64,000 nucleotides of DNA from a virus (IMGVR_UViG_3300024344_003081), one strand, 5' to 3'; counted from the stretch's first letter, positions 29,295-37,745 are shown. Notes: generated by a model not told the origin, from the letters alone. Numbers and translations are program-made.

Positions 29295-31225
29295 TGCCTC
29301 TACCCACCGAATATCAATCTTTTATACATTTATCAAGATATGCAAGATGGAATTATGATCTTAAAAGACGGGAAACTTGGGAAGAAACGGTTGATAGATA
29401 TTTAAATTTTTTTAAAGAACACTTAAAAGACAAACATAATTTTGATCTTGATAATGGATTAGAGGCAGATTTACGAAAAGGAATTACAAATCTTGATGTA
29501 ATGCCTTCTATGAGATGTTTAATGACTGCAGGAGAAGCCCTTAAAAAAGAAAATATTGCAGGATATAATTGTTCTTATGTTAAAGTAGACTGTCCACGTT
29601 CATTTGATGAAATTCTTTATGTTTTGATGAATGGAACAGGTGTAGGATTTTCAGTTGAAGAAGAATATGTTAATCAGCTTCCAGAATTACCAGAAGAATT
29701 TTATGAAACAGATACGACAATTATAGTTGCAGATTCTAAACTTGGTTGGGCTAAAGCATATAAAGAATTACTGTCATTGTTATGGCAAGGACAAATTCCA
29801 AAATGGGATTTATCTAATGTAAGACCTGCAGGATCTCCTCTCAAAACATTTGGAGGAAGAGCATCGGGTCCAGAGCCATTGGAAGACCTTTTTATGTTTA
29901 CTATAAATACATTTCAGAGTGCTTTTGGAAGAAAATTAAAATCAGTTGAAGCTCATGATATTGTATGTAAGATTGCAGAAATAGTTGTTGTAGGAGGTGT
30001 TCGTAGATCCGCTCTTATTAGTTTATCTAATCTTAATGATGAATCAATGAGACATGCAAAATCAGGAAAATGGTGGGAAACAAATCCACAAAGAGCCCTT
30101 GCAAATAATTCTGTAAATTATAAAGAAAAACCAGATGTTGGTACTTTTATGAGAGAATGGTTATCTCTCTATGATTCTAAATCTGGAGAACGAGGAATTT
30201 ATAACAGCCAAGCGGCTAAACATCAAGTAGAAAGGTTGAATAGTGAAGAAAAAACCAGAAGAGAACCAAAAGAAGATTTTGGTACCAATCCGTGTAGCGA
30301 GATTATTCTTAGAAGCAGAGAATTCTGCAACCTTTCAGAAGTCGTGGTCAGAGGAGGGGACGATTCCAAATCTTTGGAAGAAAAAGTTCGAACTGCAACT
30401 ATCCTTGGAACATTTCAATCAACCCTCACCAGTTTCAAATATCTCTCACGGGAATGGAAAAAGAATTGTGAAGAAGAGCGGCTTTTGGGGGTCTCCCTCA
30501 CAGGAATAATGGATAATTCTTTGACAAATGGTAAAAAAGGTAATTTAGAAGATTTATTGGAGAATTTAAAAAATGTCGCAATTAAAACAAACAAAGAATT
30601 CTCAGAAAAACTCGGAATATCACAATCAGCCTCTATCACCTGTGTCAAGCCTTCTGGTACGGTTAGCCAGCTTGTCAACTCTGCTAGTGGTATACATGCT
30701 CGTCATAATCCATACTATATTAGAACGGTTCGTGCGGATAATAAAGACCCCCTTTGTAAATTCATGAAAGATGCAGAATTTCCAAATGAACCAGATGTAC
30801 TGAGACCTAAACATACAACTGTATTTTCATTTCCTACGAAGAGTCCAAAAAATGCAATATGTAGAACAGATATAACAGGAATTGAACAGTTAAAGATTTG
30901 GTCTACATATCAAAAACATTGGTGTGAACATAAACCTTCTGTTACTATTTCTGTTAAAGAACAAGAATGGCCAGAAATGGGAAATTGGGTTTGGAGCAAT
31001 TTTGATGATATTAGTGGAATATCTTTTCTACCTTTTTCGGAGCATACATACAGACAAGCACCGTATCAAGATTGTACAGAAGAAGAATATACAATAGCAT
31101 TAAAAGCAATGCCTAAAAATGTTGATTGGTCATTATTGTCTTCATATGAAGAAAAAGATTTTACTGTAGGATCACAGGAATTGGCTTGTGCCGCAGATGA
31201 AGGCTGTGAAGTAGTGGATTTATAA
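29294..31225 (+). CDS. nrdJ: Class II (B12-dependent) ribonucleotide reductase
   Basis: SRYARW..RRETWEETVDRY, GYNC, TNPCSEI, CNLSE, TCVKPSGTVSQL, C-terminal LACAADEGCE. Confidence 0.93.
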   Translation: MPLPTEYQSFIHLSRYARWNYDLKRRETWEETVDRYLNFFKEHLKDKHNFDLDNGLEADLRKGITNLDVMPSMRCLMTAGEALKKENIAGYNCSYVKVDCPRSFDEILYVLMNGTGVGFSVEEEYVNQLPELPEEFYETDTTIIVADSKLGWAKAYKELLSLLWQGQIPKWDLSNVRPAGSPLKTFGGRASGPEPLEDLFMFTINTFQSAFGRKLKSVEAHDIVCKIAEIVVVGGVRRSALISLSNLNDESMRHAKSGKWWETNPQRALANNSVNYKEKPDVGTFMREWLSLYDSKSGERGIYNSQAAKHQVERLNSEEKTRREPKEDFGTNPCSEIILRSREFCNLSEVVVRGGDDSKSLEEKVRTATILGTFQSTLTSFKYLSREWKKNCEEERLLGVSLTGIMDNSLTNGKKGNLEDLLENLKNVAIKTNKEFSEKLGISQSASITCVKPSGTVSQLVNSASGIHARHNPYYIRTVRADNKDPLCKFMKDAEFPNEPDVLRPKHTTVFSFPTKSPKNAICRTDITGIEQLKIWSTYQKHWCEHKPSVTISVKEQEWPEMGNWVWSNFDDISGISFLPFSEHTYRQAPYQDCTEEEYTIALKAMPKNVDWSLLSSYEEKDFTVGSQELACAADEGCEVVDL

Positions 31226-31491
31226 TGTTAAAATACGAAATAGATTTTAATAAAGGAAATTATGTTGTTGGACATTTTACTTTCAGAGAATGTGCAATGT
31301 GCGATAAAGCAAAGTCTTTATTAGATAAACATAAAAAACAATACATGTTCATTCAAGCAGATAAGAAACTGTTTGGTAAAATATTGTCAGTTACAGGAAG
31401 TAAAAAGGTTCCTCAGATTTTTTTGGAAGGTAAGGTTTATCTGACTGTAGGAGAATTAGAGGAAGCATTAGACAAAAATGGAGATATCTGA
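31225..31491 (+). CDS. Glutaredoxin-like redoxin
   Basis: CAMC active site, KVPQIF; follows nrdJ. Confidence 0.8.
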   Translation: MLKYEIDFNKGNYVVGHFTFRECAMCDKAKSLLDKHKKQYMFIQADKKLFGKILSVTGSKKVPQIFLEGKVYLTVGELEEALDKNGDI

Positions 31492-31630
31492 AAAAATTGA
31501 ATGTACATTTTGTTCAAAAATGTACGAAGTTATTATTCATGAAGAAGACGAAGAAAAAGTACAATTTTGTTCTTATTGTGGAGAGATGATAGAACTACAA
31601 GAAGAGGACGATGATAACTGGGATACATGA
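31478..31630 (+). CDS. Small zinc-ribbon protein (not in ORF track)
   Basis: 50 aa MEISEKIECTFCSK...FCSYCGE...; two CxxC pairs, overlaps both neighbours. Confidence 0.7.
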   Translation: MEISEKIECTFCSKMYEVIIHEEDEEKVQFCSYCGEMIELQEEDDDNWDT

Positions 31631-32192
31631 TTTGCATGTGGGAATTGATTATTCACTAACCAGTCCAGCAGTAACAGAATGTGATGGTGAATGGAAATAT
31701 GAAAACATTAAACATTATTGTTTAGCGAAAAACGGTAGACAACTTGATAGATGGGGTTCTTTACATAATATTCAAATCACGGAATATCCTAAATATAACA
31801 CAGAGATGGAAAGATATTTAGGACTATCTTCTTGGGTAATAGAATGTATTGTAAAATATGCTAAAAGACCCAAAATAGTCTATATTGAAGATTATGCCTA
31901 TGCCGCAAGCGGACAAAGAGTTTTACAAATTGCGGAAAATATGGCAATTTTAAAACATACTTTACTCAATTATAAACTGAGGTATGAAATGATACCTCCT
32001 ACAGTAATTAAAAAATACGCATCCGATAAGGGAAACGCAAATAAAGAATTAATGTATGATTCTTTTGTGTCTGACACACAGAGAGAACTTACAAAAGAAT
32101 TTCAGACAAAGTGTGATAAAAATCCCATTTCAGATATAGTTGACTCTTATTGGATTTGCAAATACGGATACGAAAATGGCACAAATACCTGA
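31611..32192 (+). CDS. RuvC-like Holliday junction resolvase
   Basis: VGIDYSLTSPA, IEDYAY, IPPTVIKKYASDKGNANK, SDIVDSY. Confidence 0.85.
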   Translation: MITGIHDLHVGIDYSLTSPAVTECDGEWKYENIKHYCLAKNGRQLDRWGSLHNIQITEYPKYNTEMERYLGLSSWVIECIVKYAKRPKIVYIEDYAYAASGQRVLQIAENMAILKHTLLNYKLRYEMIPPTVIKKYASDKGNANKELMYDSFVSDTQRELTKEFQTKCDKNPISDIVDSYWICKYGYENGTNT

Positions 32193-32541
32193 TGAATATG
32201 CTAGTTTTGACTTCGGTTTTTCCGCAGTAGATGATGAAGAATATAAAGCAAAAACTACAGAAGTAGAAAAAAAGATTGAACAAGTAGAAGCAAAATCAAA
32301 AGATTTTTCGGCATTAGAAAAGAAAATAGATTCTGCTATTAAAGAAATCGGTTATAAAAAAGATTATTTAGAAGAAAAATATGTAGAAGATATGAGCAAA
32401 ATTGAACAATTAATTTTACCTCTTTTATATAATCTTATGAAAAATCCAGATAAGGATTATATTTATTGGCCGAATCGTGAAGAAATTATTACTAAACAAA
32501 TAGAAAAAATTAAAGATGTGACTCAAGATTTATCTAAATAG
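32176..32541 (+). CDS. Conserved T4-like hypothetical protein
   Basis: DFGFSAVDDEE...LILPLLYNLMKNPDKDYIYWPNR; start at ATG 32176. Confidence 0.65.
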   Translation: MAQIPDEYASFDFGFSAVDDEEYKAKTTEVEKKIEQVEAKSKDFSALEKKIDSAIKEIGYKKDYLEEKYVEDMSKIEQLILPLLYNLMKNPDKDYIYWPNREEIITKQIEKIKDVTQDLSK

Positions 32542-32544
32542 TTT

Positions 32545-32885
32545 TATCGATGATACTGTAGAGTAGCATTTAAGACATCGGTGCGATTCCGATCAGCTCC
32601 ACCAAAGGAACATCAATGAGTAGTGCAGATATGGCCATATTAGTAGTATTAATTGTAATTGGCATAATTATGACGGGAACTTATTTTTATTTTGGTGGGT
32701 GATTCTTTGGAGGGGCTGTAATAGAATTCGATTGGATGTGATTATACAGAGGAGATCATCTTGACAGATGTAAAATGTCATTTAAATTAATCGCAAATAA
32801 TAACGATTATTATTCAGCACAAGTGGCATTAGCCGCTTAATCGCTGGCGGGCTTATGATTGTGCCTTGGAACAGAAACAATCAGA
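32545..32885 (+). ncRNA. ssrA: Circularly permuted (two-piece) tmRNA gene: acceptor piece ending 32604, intervening segment 32605-32711, coding piece from 32712
   Basis: 3' piece ...GAC ATCGG TGCGATT CCGAT CAGCTCC ACCA precedes 5' piece GGGGCTG...GAATTCGA; inter-piece helices TTGGATGT/GCATTTAA, TACAG/CTGTA, ATCATC/GATGAT; tag ORF 32793-32840 ANNNDYYSAQVALAA*; outer ends approximate. Confidence 0.92.
32616..32702 (+). CDS. 28-aa single-TM peptide inside the tmRNA intervening segment
   Basis: AAGGAA 5 nt upstream of ATG; MSSADMAILVVLIVIGIIMTGTYFYFGG*. Confidence 0.55.
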   Translation: MSSADMAILVVLIVIGIIMTGTYFYFGG

Positions 32886-32904
32886 CACACACAACACACA
32901 CACA
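32885..32904 (+). repeat. CA-rich microsatellite-like leader
   Basis: ACACACACAACACACACACA directly before SD TAAGGAG of ORF 32917. Confidence 0.8.
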
Positions 32905-32916
32905 TAAGGAGAAAAT

Positions 32917-33144
32917 ATGTCTAATCCATATGAATTAAGATTTAGACTTTTAGAGATGGCTTCTGGTTATCTTTATGATCAACAGCAAAAACAAACACAA
33001 TTCGCTATTGATGCATGGGAATTTGCAAAAGAAGAAGGTACAGCAAATATGGAGTTGTTTAAAGACCTCCAACCCAAAAATTATACTATTGAAGACATAA
33101 AGAATAAAGCTACTGAACTTTATGAATTTGTTGAAAAAAAATAA
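32917..33144 (+). CDS. Small conserved phage protein
   Basis: NPYELRFRLLEMA...IKNKATELYEFV; strong SD. Confidence 0.75.
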   Translation: MSNPYELRFRLLEMASGYLYDQQQKQTQFAIDAWEFAKEEGTANMELFKDLQPKNYTIEDIKNKATELYEFVEKK

Positions 33145-33187
33145 TTGGCGCACCCCATCTGTAATGGATGGGGTTCTTCAGGAGAAA

Positions 33188-33580
33188 ATGATCAGCTTAA
33201 CAGAAAAAGCCGCTAGTAAAATATTAAGCATTATGAAAGACCAAAAAGTATCTGGTGAGACAGTATTACGGGTTGGAGTTAAGGGCGGAGGATGTTCAGG
33301 ATTTACTTATACAGTAGACTTTGATACTAGAAAAGGAAAGTTTGATTTAGAGTTTGAATCATATGGTTTAGGAATTTTATGTGACAAAAAGAGTCATCTA
33401 TATATTAAAGGCACGGAAATTGATTGGTCAGATGATTTAAATGATAGAGGATTAAAATTTAACAATCCTTCAGCTAAAGGTTCTTGTGGCTGTAGGACTT
33501 CTTTTATGTACGAACATACGGAGACTAAAACTGAAACAACACCTAATTGGATGGGAATGAACAATGCAGACTACTTGTGA
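33188..33580 (+). CDS. iscA: IscA/HesB A-type Fe-S carrier
   Basis: MISLTEKAA, GVKGGGCSGFTY, FNNPSAKGSCGC; start at ATG 33188 after GGAG. Confidence 0.92.
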   Translation: MISLTEKAASKILSIMKDQKVSGETVLRVGVKGGGCSGFTYTVDFDTRKGKFDLEFESYGLGILCDKKSHLYIKGTEIDWSDDLNDRGLKFNNPSAKGSCGCRTSFMYEHTETKTETTPNWMGMNNADYL

Positions 33581-33959
33581 ATTAAAAATAACAGAAAAGG
33601 CCGCAGTAGAATTTAAACAAATGTGTATTGGTGAAGATAAACATTGGGCGGATGCATATTTAAGAATAGGAGCAAATTCAGGCGGATGTTCTGGTTGGAA
33701 GTATAGTTTAGATTATGAAGATACAGTAGAGTCTACAGATTTAATTTTCGAACAGCATGGTGTTAAATTAGTAGTAGACGAATACATTCTTAATGATATA
33801 ATTGGTGATGTAGAAGTAGATTATAAAGTAGGAAATTTAGTAGAACAAGGATTTATATTTAAACGGCTCAAATTTGAGCATGTCTGTGGATGTGGAGAGA
33901 GTTTTACACCAGTAAAAGATATCCCTGCAGACGGTAAACAAAAATTAGGATGGAATTAA
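33564..33959 (+). CDS. Second IscA/HesB-family Fe-S carrier
   Basis: LKITEKAA, SGGCSGWKY, HVCGCGESF. Confidence 0.88.
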   Translation: MQTTCELKITEKAAVEFKQMCIGEDKHWADAYLRIGANSGGCSGWKYSLDYEDTVESTDLIFEQHGVKLVVDEYILNDIIGDVEVDYKVGNLVEQGFIFKRLKFEHVCGCGESFTPVKDIPADGKQKLGWN

Positions 33960-33960
33960 T

Positions 33961-34350
33961 ATGGCATATTCAGAAAAAGTTATAGATCATTTTCAAAATC
34001 CAAAAAACATCGGAAGTTTTGATAAAAATGATCCAACTATTGGAACTGCTCTTGTAGGCGCTCCAGAGTGTGGCGATGTAATGAAATTACAGATAAAAGT
34101 GGGTGATAATGGAACAATTGAAGATGCTAAGTTTAAAACATTTGGTTGTGGAAGTGCAATAGCAAGTTCTTCACTTGCAACTGAATGGGTAAAGGGAAGA
34201 ACTTTAGATGAAGCATGGGCGGTAGAAAACACCGAAATCGTAGAAGAATTATCATTGCCTCCAGTAAAAATTCATTGTTCTGTTCTTGCAGAAGATGCGA
34301 TTAAAGGAGCAATAGCAGATTATAAGAATAAACATGAAATAAATACTTAA
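33961..34350 (+). CDS. iscU: IscU/NifU Fe-S scaffold
   Basis: YSEKVIDHF, GAPECGDVMKLQI, FKTFGCGSAIASSS, LPPVKIHCSVLAEDAI. Confidence 0.97.
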   Translation: MAYSEKVIDHFQNPKNIGSFDKNDPTIGTALVGAPECGDVMKLQIKVGDNGTIEDAKFKTFGCGSAIASSSLATEWVKGRTLDEAWAVENTEIVEELSLPPVKIHCSVLAEDAIKGAIADYKNKHEINT

Positions 34351-34395
34351 AAAGCAACAGAATCCCGTATAAACATAAATATAAAGGAGTTAACA

Positions 34396-34509
34396 ATGTG
34401 TAATAATCCAGAATGCAAATGTACAGATTGCACCTGTGATCCATGTGAATGTTCGTCTGAGAGTCCTTGTGGATGTGAATTTGATGATGAACAAGTAGCA
34501 CCAGTTTAA
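34396..34509 (+). CDS. Metallothionein-like Cys-rich peptide (not in ORF track)
   Basis: SD AAGGAG; MCNNPECKCTDCTCDPCECSSESPCGCEFDDEQVAPV*, 9 Cys in 37 aa with four CxC pairs. Confidence 0.75.
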   Translation: MCNNPECKCTDCTCDPCECSSESPCGCEFDDEQVAPV

Positions 34510-34518
34510 AGGAAAAAA

Positions 34519-34947
34519 ATGTTAAATGTAAAAGAGTTATTTGAAAGTTTGTCTGATGCAGAAAAAGAAGAACTTAGAAAACTTCTTCTTCATCATACAG
34601 ATGATGTTAAAGTGCAAAGTCCTAAAGAAGACATTTTTGCCAATGTAGAAATAATAGATCCTCTTCAACAAAATGAAGAAGTTACTATTGGTGATCAATT
34701 AGACCAAATAGTAAATGAAGCAGAAGCAGAAGCAGAAGTAGAAACCCAAACTCCTGAAGGAGAAACAGACCTTACAGTTTCAGAAAAACAGGAATTTTTA
34801 GTTAAGTTTGGATATGATCCTACTAACGTAAAATATATGAATACTGATATTTTGGATCAAGCATACGGTAGTGCTTTAAAAATTAGAGATGCAGAAGCAG
34901 GTGGAGAAACTATTACTGCAATGCCAGGAATGCCTACAGAAGGATAA
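34519..34947 (+). CDS. Hypothetical acidic protein
   Basis: 142-aa ORF with SD. Confidence 0.55.
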   Translation: MLNVKELFESLSDAEKEELRKLLLHHTDDVKVQSPKEDIFANVEIIDPLQQNEEVTIGDQLDQIVNEAEAEAEVETQTPEGETDLTVSEKQEFLVKFGYDPTNVKYMNTDILDQAYGSALKIRDAEAGGETITAMPGMPTEG

Positions 34948-34984
34948 TATCATTTTTTAAACTGAAACATTATGAGGAAATATA

Positions 34985-35272
34985 ATGTCATTAGATAAGA
35001 AGCAAAACGGCGCAGAAATGTCGGCTATAGAACGAAGAAAAGTGAAGAATTGGTGGGCCAGGATTACTTTATCTTGGGCTATTGTTGGAACATTTTTAAT
35101 TTTGATTTACCTTTTATTCTTTACAGAATCCACAGATGATAATCATATGCAATTGATAAACATCCTGGTTGGTGCCTATGTCGCAGTTTTAGCAAAAAGT
35201 ACGGATTACTGGTTCAAGGAGAAAGACGATCCAGAACATAAGGAATCACAGGACTTAACAAATGGCCATTGA
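34985..35272 (+). CDS. Two-TM membrane protein (holin-like)
   Basis: Two hydrophobic helices, STDYWFK near C-terminus. Confidence 0.55.
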   Translation: MSLDKKQNGAEMSAIERRKVKNWWARITLSWAIVGTFLILIYLLFFTESTDDNHMQLINILVGAYVAVLAKSTDYWFKEKDDPEHKESQDLTNGH

Positions 35273-35579
35273 AAAGTCTTATTTAACTACTAATGGAATA
35301 ATTGTAGATAAGGCATATTATAAAGTGCATCAACTCACACCTTGGGATATAGAAAATTCCGAAAATACATATCAAGCACAAGTCTGGGTTTGGGCTAATG
35401 AATATCAAAGACAAAAAAATCCAGACAACCCCCTCGCATCAAATATCTACTATAAATTTGAGCCGGATACTTCCGCCTTTGATGCAAAAATTAGTGATGA
35501 AGAAAATAGAATTAAACAAGCATACAGCAAATTAAAAAATTTAACTGATAGTTTTAAAAATGATGGAAGTGATGTATAA
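35262..35579 (+). CDS. Hypothetical protein
   Basis: Overlapping ORF; ends IKQAYSKLK as in small virion-accessory proteins. Confidence 0.5.
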   Translation: MAIEKSYLTTNGIIVDKAYYKVHQLTPWDIENSENTYQAQVWVWANEYQRQKNPDNPLASNIYYKFEPDTSAFDAKISDEENRIKQAYSKLKNLTDSFKNDGSDV

Positions 35580-35588
35580 AGGAATATT

Positions 35589-36044
35589 ATGCTGACAATA
35601 TTAGGAAGTGTATTGGGATTTGCTACTTCTACTGTACCCACCATAATGGACTTCTTTAAAGATAAAGAAGAGAAGAAAGCAAAACAAGAAGAATTTAAAC
35701 TACAGATAGAAGCAAAAAAAGCAGGTGTAGATTTAGACATTAAACTGTTTCAAGCAAAAAAAGATTTTGATGAACAGAAAATGCTTCTTGAACATGATAC
35801 TGCATTAGGTCAACAAGGGGGTTTTATAAACTCGTTAAGAGCATTTGTAAGACCTTTTATAACGTATGTGTTTGTGTTGACATTTATAGGTATTAAAATA
35901 GTACTTGTATGGCAAGCAATACAAATGGATGCAGATTTAAATCAAACTATTAATATAGTATGGGATGATGAAACTGAGGCTCTATTTGCCGCTATTATAA
36001 GTTTTTGGTTTGGTTCCCGTGCAATGCCAGTTAGAAAAAAGTGA
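35589..36044 (+). CDS. Holin-like protein (GTA 3TM-holin-like)
   Basis: N-terminal helix, coiled coil, VRPFITY, AAIISFWFGSR. Confidence 0.7.
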   Translation: MLTILGSVLGFATSTVPTIMDFFKDKEEKKAKQEEFKLQIEAKKAGVDLDIKLFQAKKDFDEQKMLLEHDTALGQQGGFINSLRAFVRPFITYVFVLTFIGIKIVLVWQAIQMDADLNQTINIVWDDETEALFAAIISFWFGSRAMPVRKK

Positions 36045-36122
36045 TATCTCCGTTATCTAAATAATTGGATAACTTAAAAAAAGGAGAAAGTATGAACTTA
36101 TTTCGGAGAATAATCGGATCTT

Positions 36123-36425
36123 TTGATCTTTCTGGAGAGAGTATTAGCCTGTGAGGAAAAGACTTCACAGGCCAAACACGTTAAAAGAATAATTAAAAAT
36201 GAAGATTCAACGTTAATTGTTTATTATAAACTAGAAAACCCATCGATTCAAATGGACCAATTAAATTTTCATACAATGAGTTTAGAAGATTTAGAACATT
36301 TAAAAGAATATCTTTTAGATTCAAGAAATACAGAAGAAGCATATTCTGAAAGAGCGGATATTAATCAAAGAATTCTTCTTATTGATAAAGAGATTCATAA
36401 CAAAAAACAACAATTAAATGGTTAA
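36123..36425 (+). CDS. Hypothetical protein (start uncertain)
   Basis: TTG start without SD; SD-linked ATG at 36092 is in another frame; internal ATG near 36253. Confidence 0.4.
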   Translation: MIFLERVLACEEKTSQAKHVKRIIKNEDSTLIVYYKLENPSIQMDQLNFHTMSLEDLEHLKEYLLDSRNTEEAYSERADINQRILLIDKEIHNKKQQLNG

Positions 36426-36427
36426 TT

Positions 36428-36673
36428 ATGTCAAAAAGTGTAGTGAGAATTAGTGTAAAAAATAAAAATAATAATAACTTTAGAACTTTGCAAATTTTTA
36501 AAAATAAAGTTAATGATGAGGGAATTATACAAGATTTAAAAAAGAAAGAATATTATGTAAAGCCCTCAATGCGTAAAAGATTAAAAAGAGAAAACGCAGA
36601 AAAACAGAGAACAAAAGATTTAAATAAAGACATTAAAAATGCTTTAAAAAGTCAAAATGATCTGTTCTCTTAA
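36428..36673 (+). CDS. rpsU: Phage-encoded ribosomal protein bS21
   Basis: FRTLQIFKNKVNDEGIIQDLKKKEYYVKPSMRKRLKRENA matches the bS21 signature (E-Y/F-Y-x-KPS). Confidence 0.82.
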   Translation: MSKSVVRISVKNKNNNNFRTLQIFKNKVNDEGIIQDLKKKEYYVKPSMRKRLKRENAEKQRTKDLNKDIKNALKSQNDLFS

Positions 36674-36745
36674 TATATAAATATTCGTGTAATGTTGGGA
36701 ACCCCTAACAAAAAGAAAGAAAAATGAATATCGAAAGAGTTAAAC

Positions 36746-37054
36746 ATGCCAGTACAAACCATGCAAAGTATAGCAGAGCATCAATTATTCAAGGCGACTT
36801 TGCCCCTTCTCTTTGTATTCGTGGTAGGCAGTATAACATGGATATTTGTTACAGTCATGGATATAGACAAAGTAATACATAAAATTGAAGATTCGGAAAT
36901 ACCACAAATTAATAAAGATATTGCACTTGGATATAAAAAAATAGAAGAATTGGAAAAACAAATGATGGATATGAGAATTAAAATGGCAGAAATAGAAGGT
37001 TCAGTTTCTCCAGGTCATCCATCTAAATCAGGATTTCGACCAGAAAATAGATGA
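36746..37054 (+). CDS. Hypothetical membrane protein
   Basis: One TM segment then coiled coil. Confidence 0.5.
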   Translation: MPVQTMQSIAEHQLFKATLPLLFVFVVGSITWIFVTVMDIDKVIHKIEDSEIPQINKDIALGYKKIEELEKQMMDMRIKMAEIEGSVSPGHPSKSGFRPENR

Positions 37055-37299
37055 AAAAATTAACTATTGATACTTTAGTACCAATACATTTTGACTATCT
37101 TGCTAGAGACAAAGATGGAAAAACTTTTGTTTTTCAAAACAAACCTGAACTAACATCTGATGTTGATTGTGATACATGGGATGTAGAAGAGGGAGAAATT
37201 TTACAAATTACTGATTCAATTTCCGTACCAGATGGAGAAATTGATTCTCAATTAGGAAATTGGAAAGAATCGTTAATTGATTTAAGAGATTCATCATGA
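37051..37299 (+). CDS. Hypothetical protein
   Basis: YLARDKDG..FVFQNKP motif of small phage proteins. Confidence 0.5.
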   Translation: MKKLTIDTLVPIHFDYLARDKDGKTFVFQNKPELTSDVDCDTWDVEEGEILQITDSISVPDGEIDSQLGNWKESLIDLRDSS

Positions 37300-37745
37300 A
37301 CAAACTATGGTATAGTTGGGAAGAAATGCGTAACGATTGTAACGTTCTTGTAAGAGATATCGTTCTTGATAATTTCGACCCAGTAGTGATTGTTGGATTA
37401 TCACGAGGAGGATTAACTCCTGGTGTGATGTTATCACATTGGTTCAAAAAACCATTTAAATCTGTGAAATCAGCTTTAAGAGACTTTCCTGAGTGGGAAG
37501 ACTATTTACCAAGACCTACTGATAAGAGAGTTTTGATAGTTGATGATATCTGTGATTCTGGTGAAACCTTTCATAGGATGAAAGAACATATTATTAAAAA
37601 AGCCAATGGAGTAGATGTTCGATTTGCTACTCTTTGGTGGAATAATGAATGTAATTTTGAACCGAAATATTATGTCAGAGAAATTGCTAAAGATTCCACG
37701 AATACCTGGATTAATTTTCCTTGGGAAAAATGGTGGGATGCTTAA
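37296..37745 (+). CDS. Purine phosphoribosyltransferase (Gpt/Hpt-like)
   Basis: IVGLSRGGLTPG, PRPP-binding LIVDDICDSGET, WINFPWE. Confidence 0.9.
   Translation: MNKLWYSWEEMRNDCNVLVRDIVLDNFDPVVIVGLSRGGLTPGVMLSHWFKKPFKSVKSALRDFPEWEDYLPRPTDKRVLIVDDICDSGETFHRMKEHIIKKANGVDVRFATLWWNNECNFEPKYYVREIAKDSTNTWINFPWEKWWDA

Noticed and set aside
7132-31225. Introns, inteins or homing endonucleases in gp43, uvsX, gp41, gp61, thyX or nrdJ
   Set aside because: All are uninterrupted, of ordinary length, with no intein splice or LAGLIDADG/HNH/GIY-YIG motifs noticed
29294-31225. Class I RNR alpha subunit (nrdA)
   Set aside because: No nrdB follows, there is no C-terminal tyrosine pair, and the sequence motifs fit monomeric class II NrdJ
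32885-32904. CRISPR array or other long repeat array
   Set aside because: Only a 20-nt CA tract; no repeat-spacer structure noticed anywhere in the window, and no cas genes
32712-32916. Standard one-piece tmRNA
   Set aside because: No T-arm/CCA end follows the tag frame; the complementary 3' end lies upstream at 32545-32604
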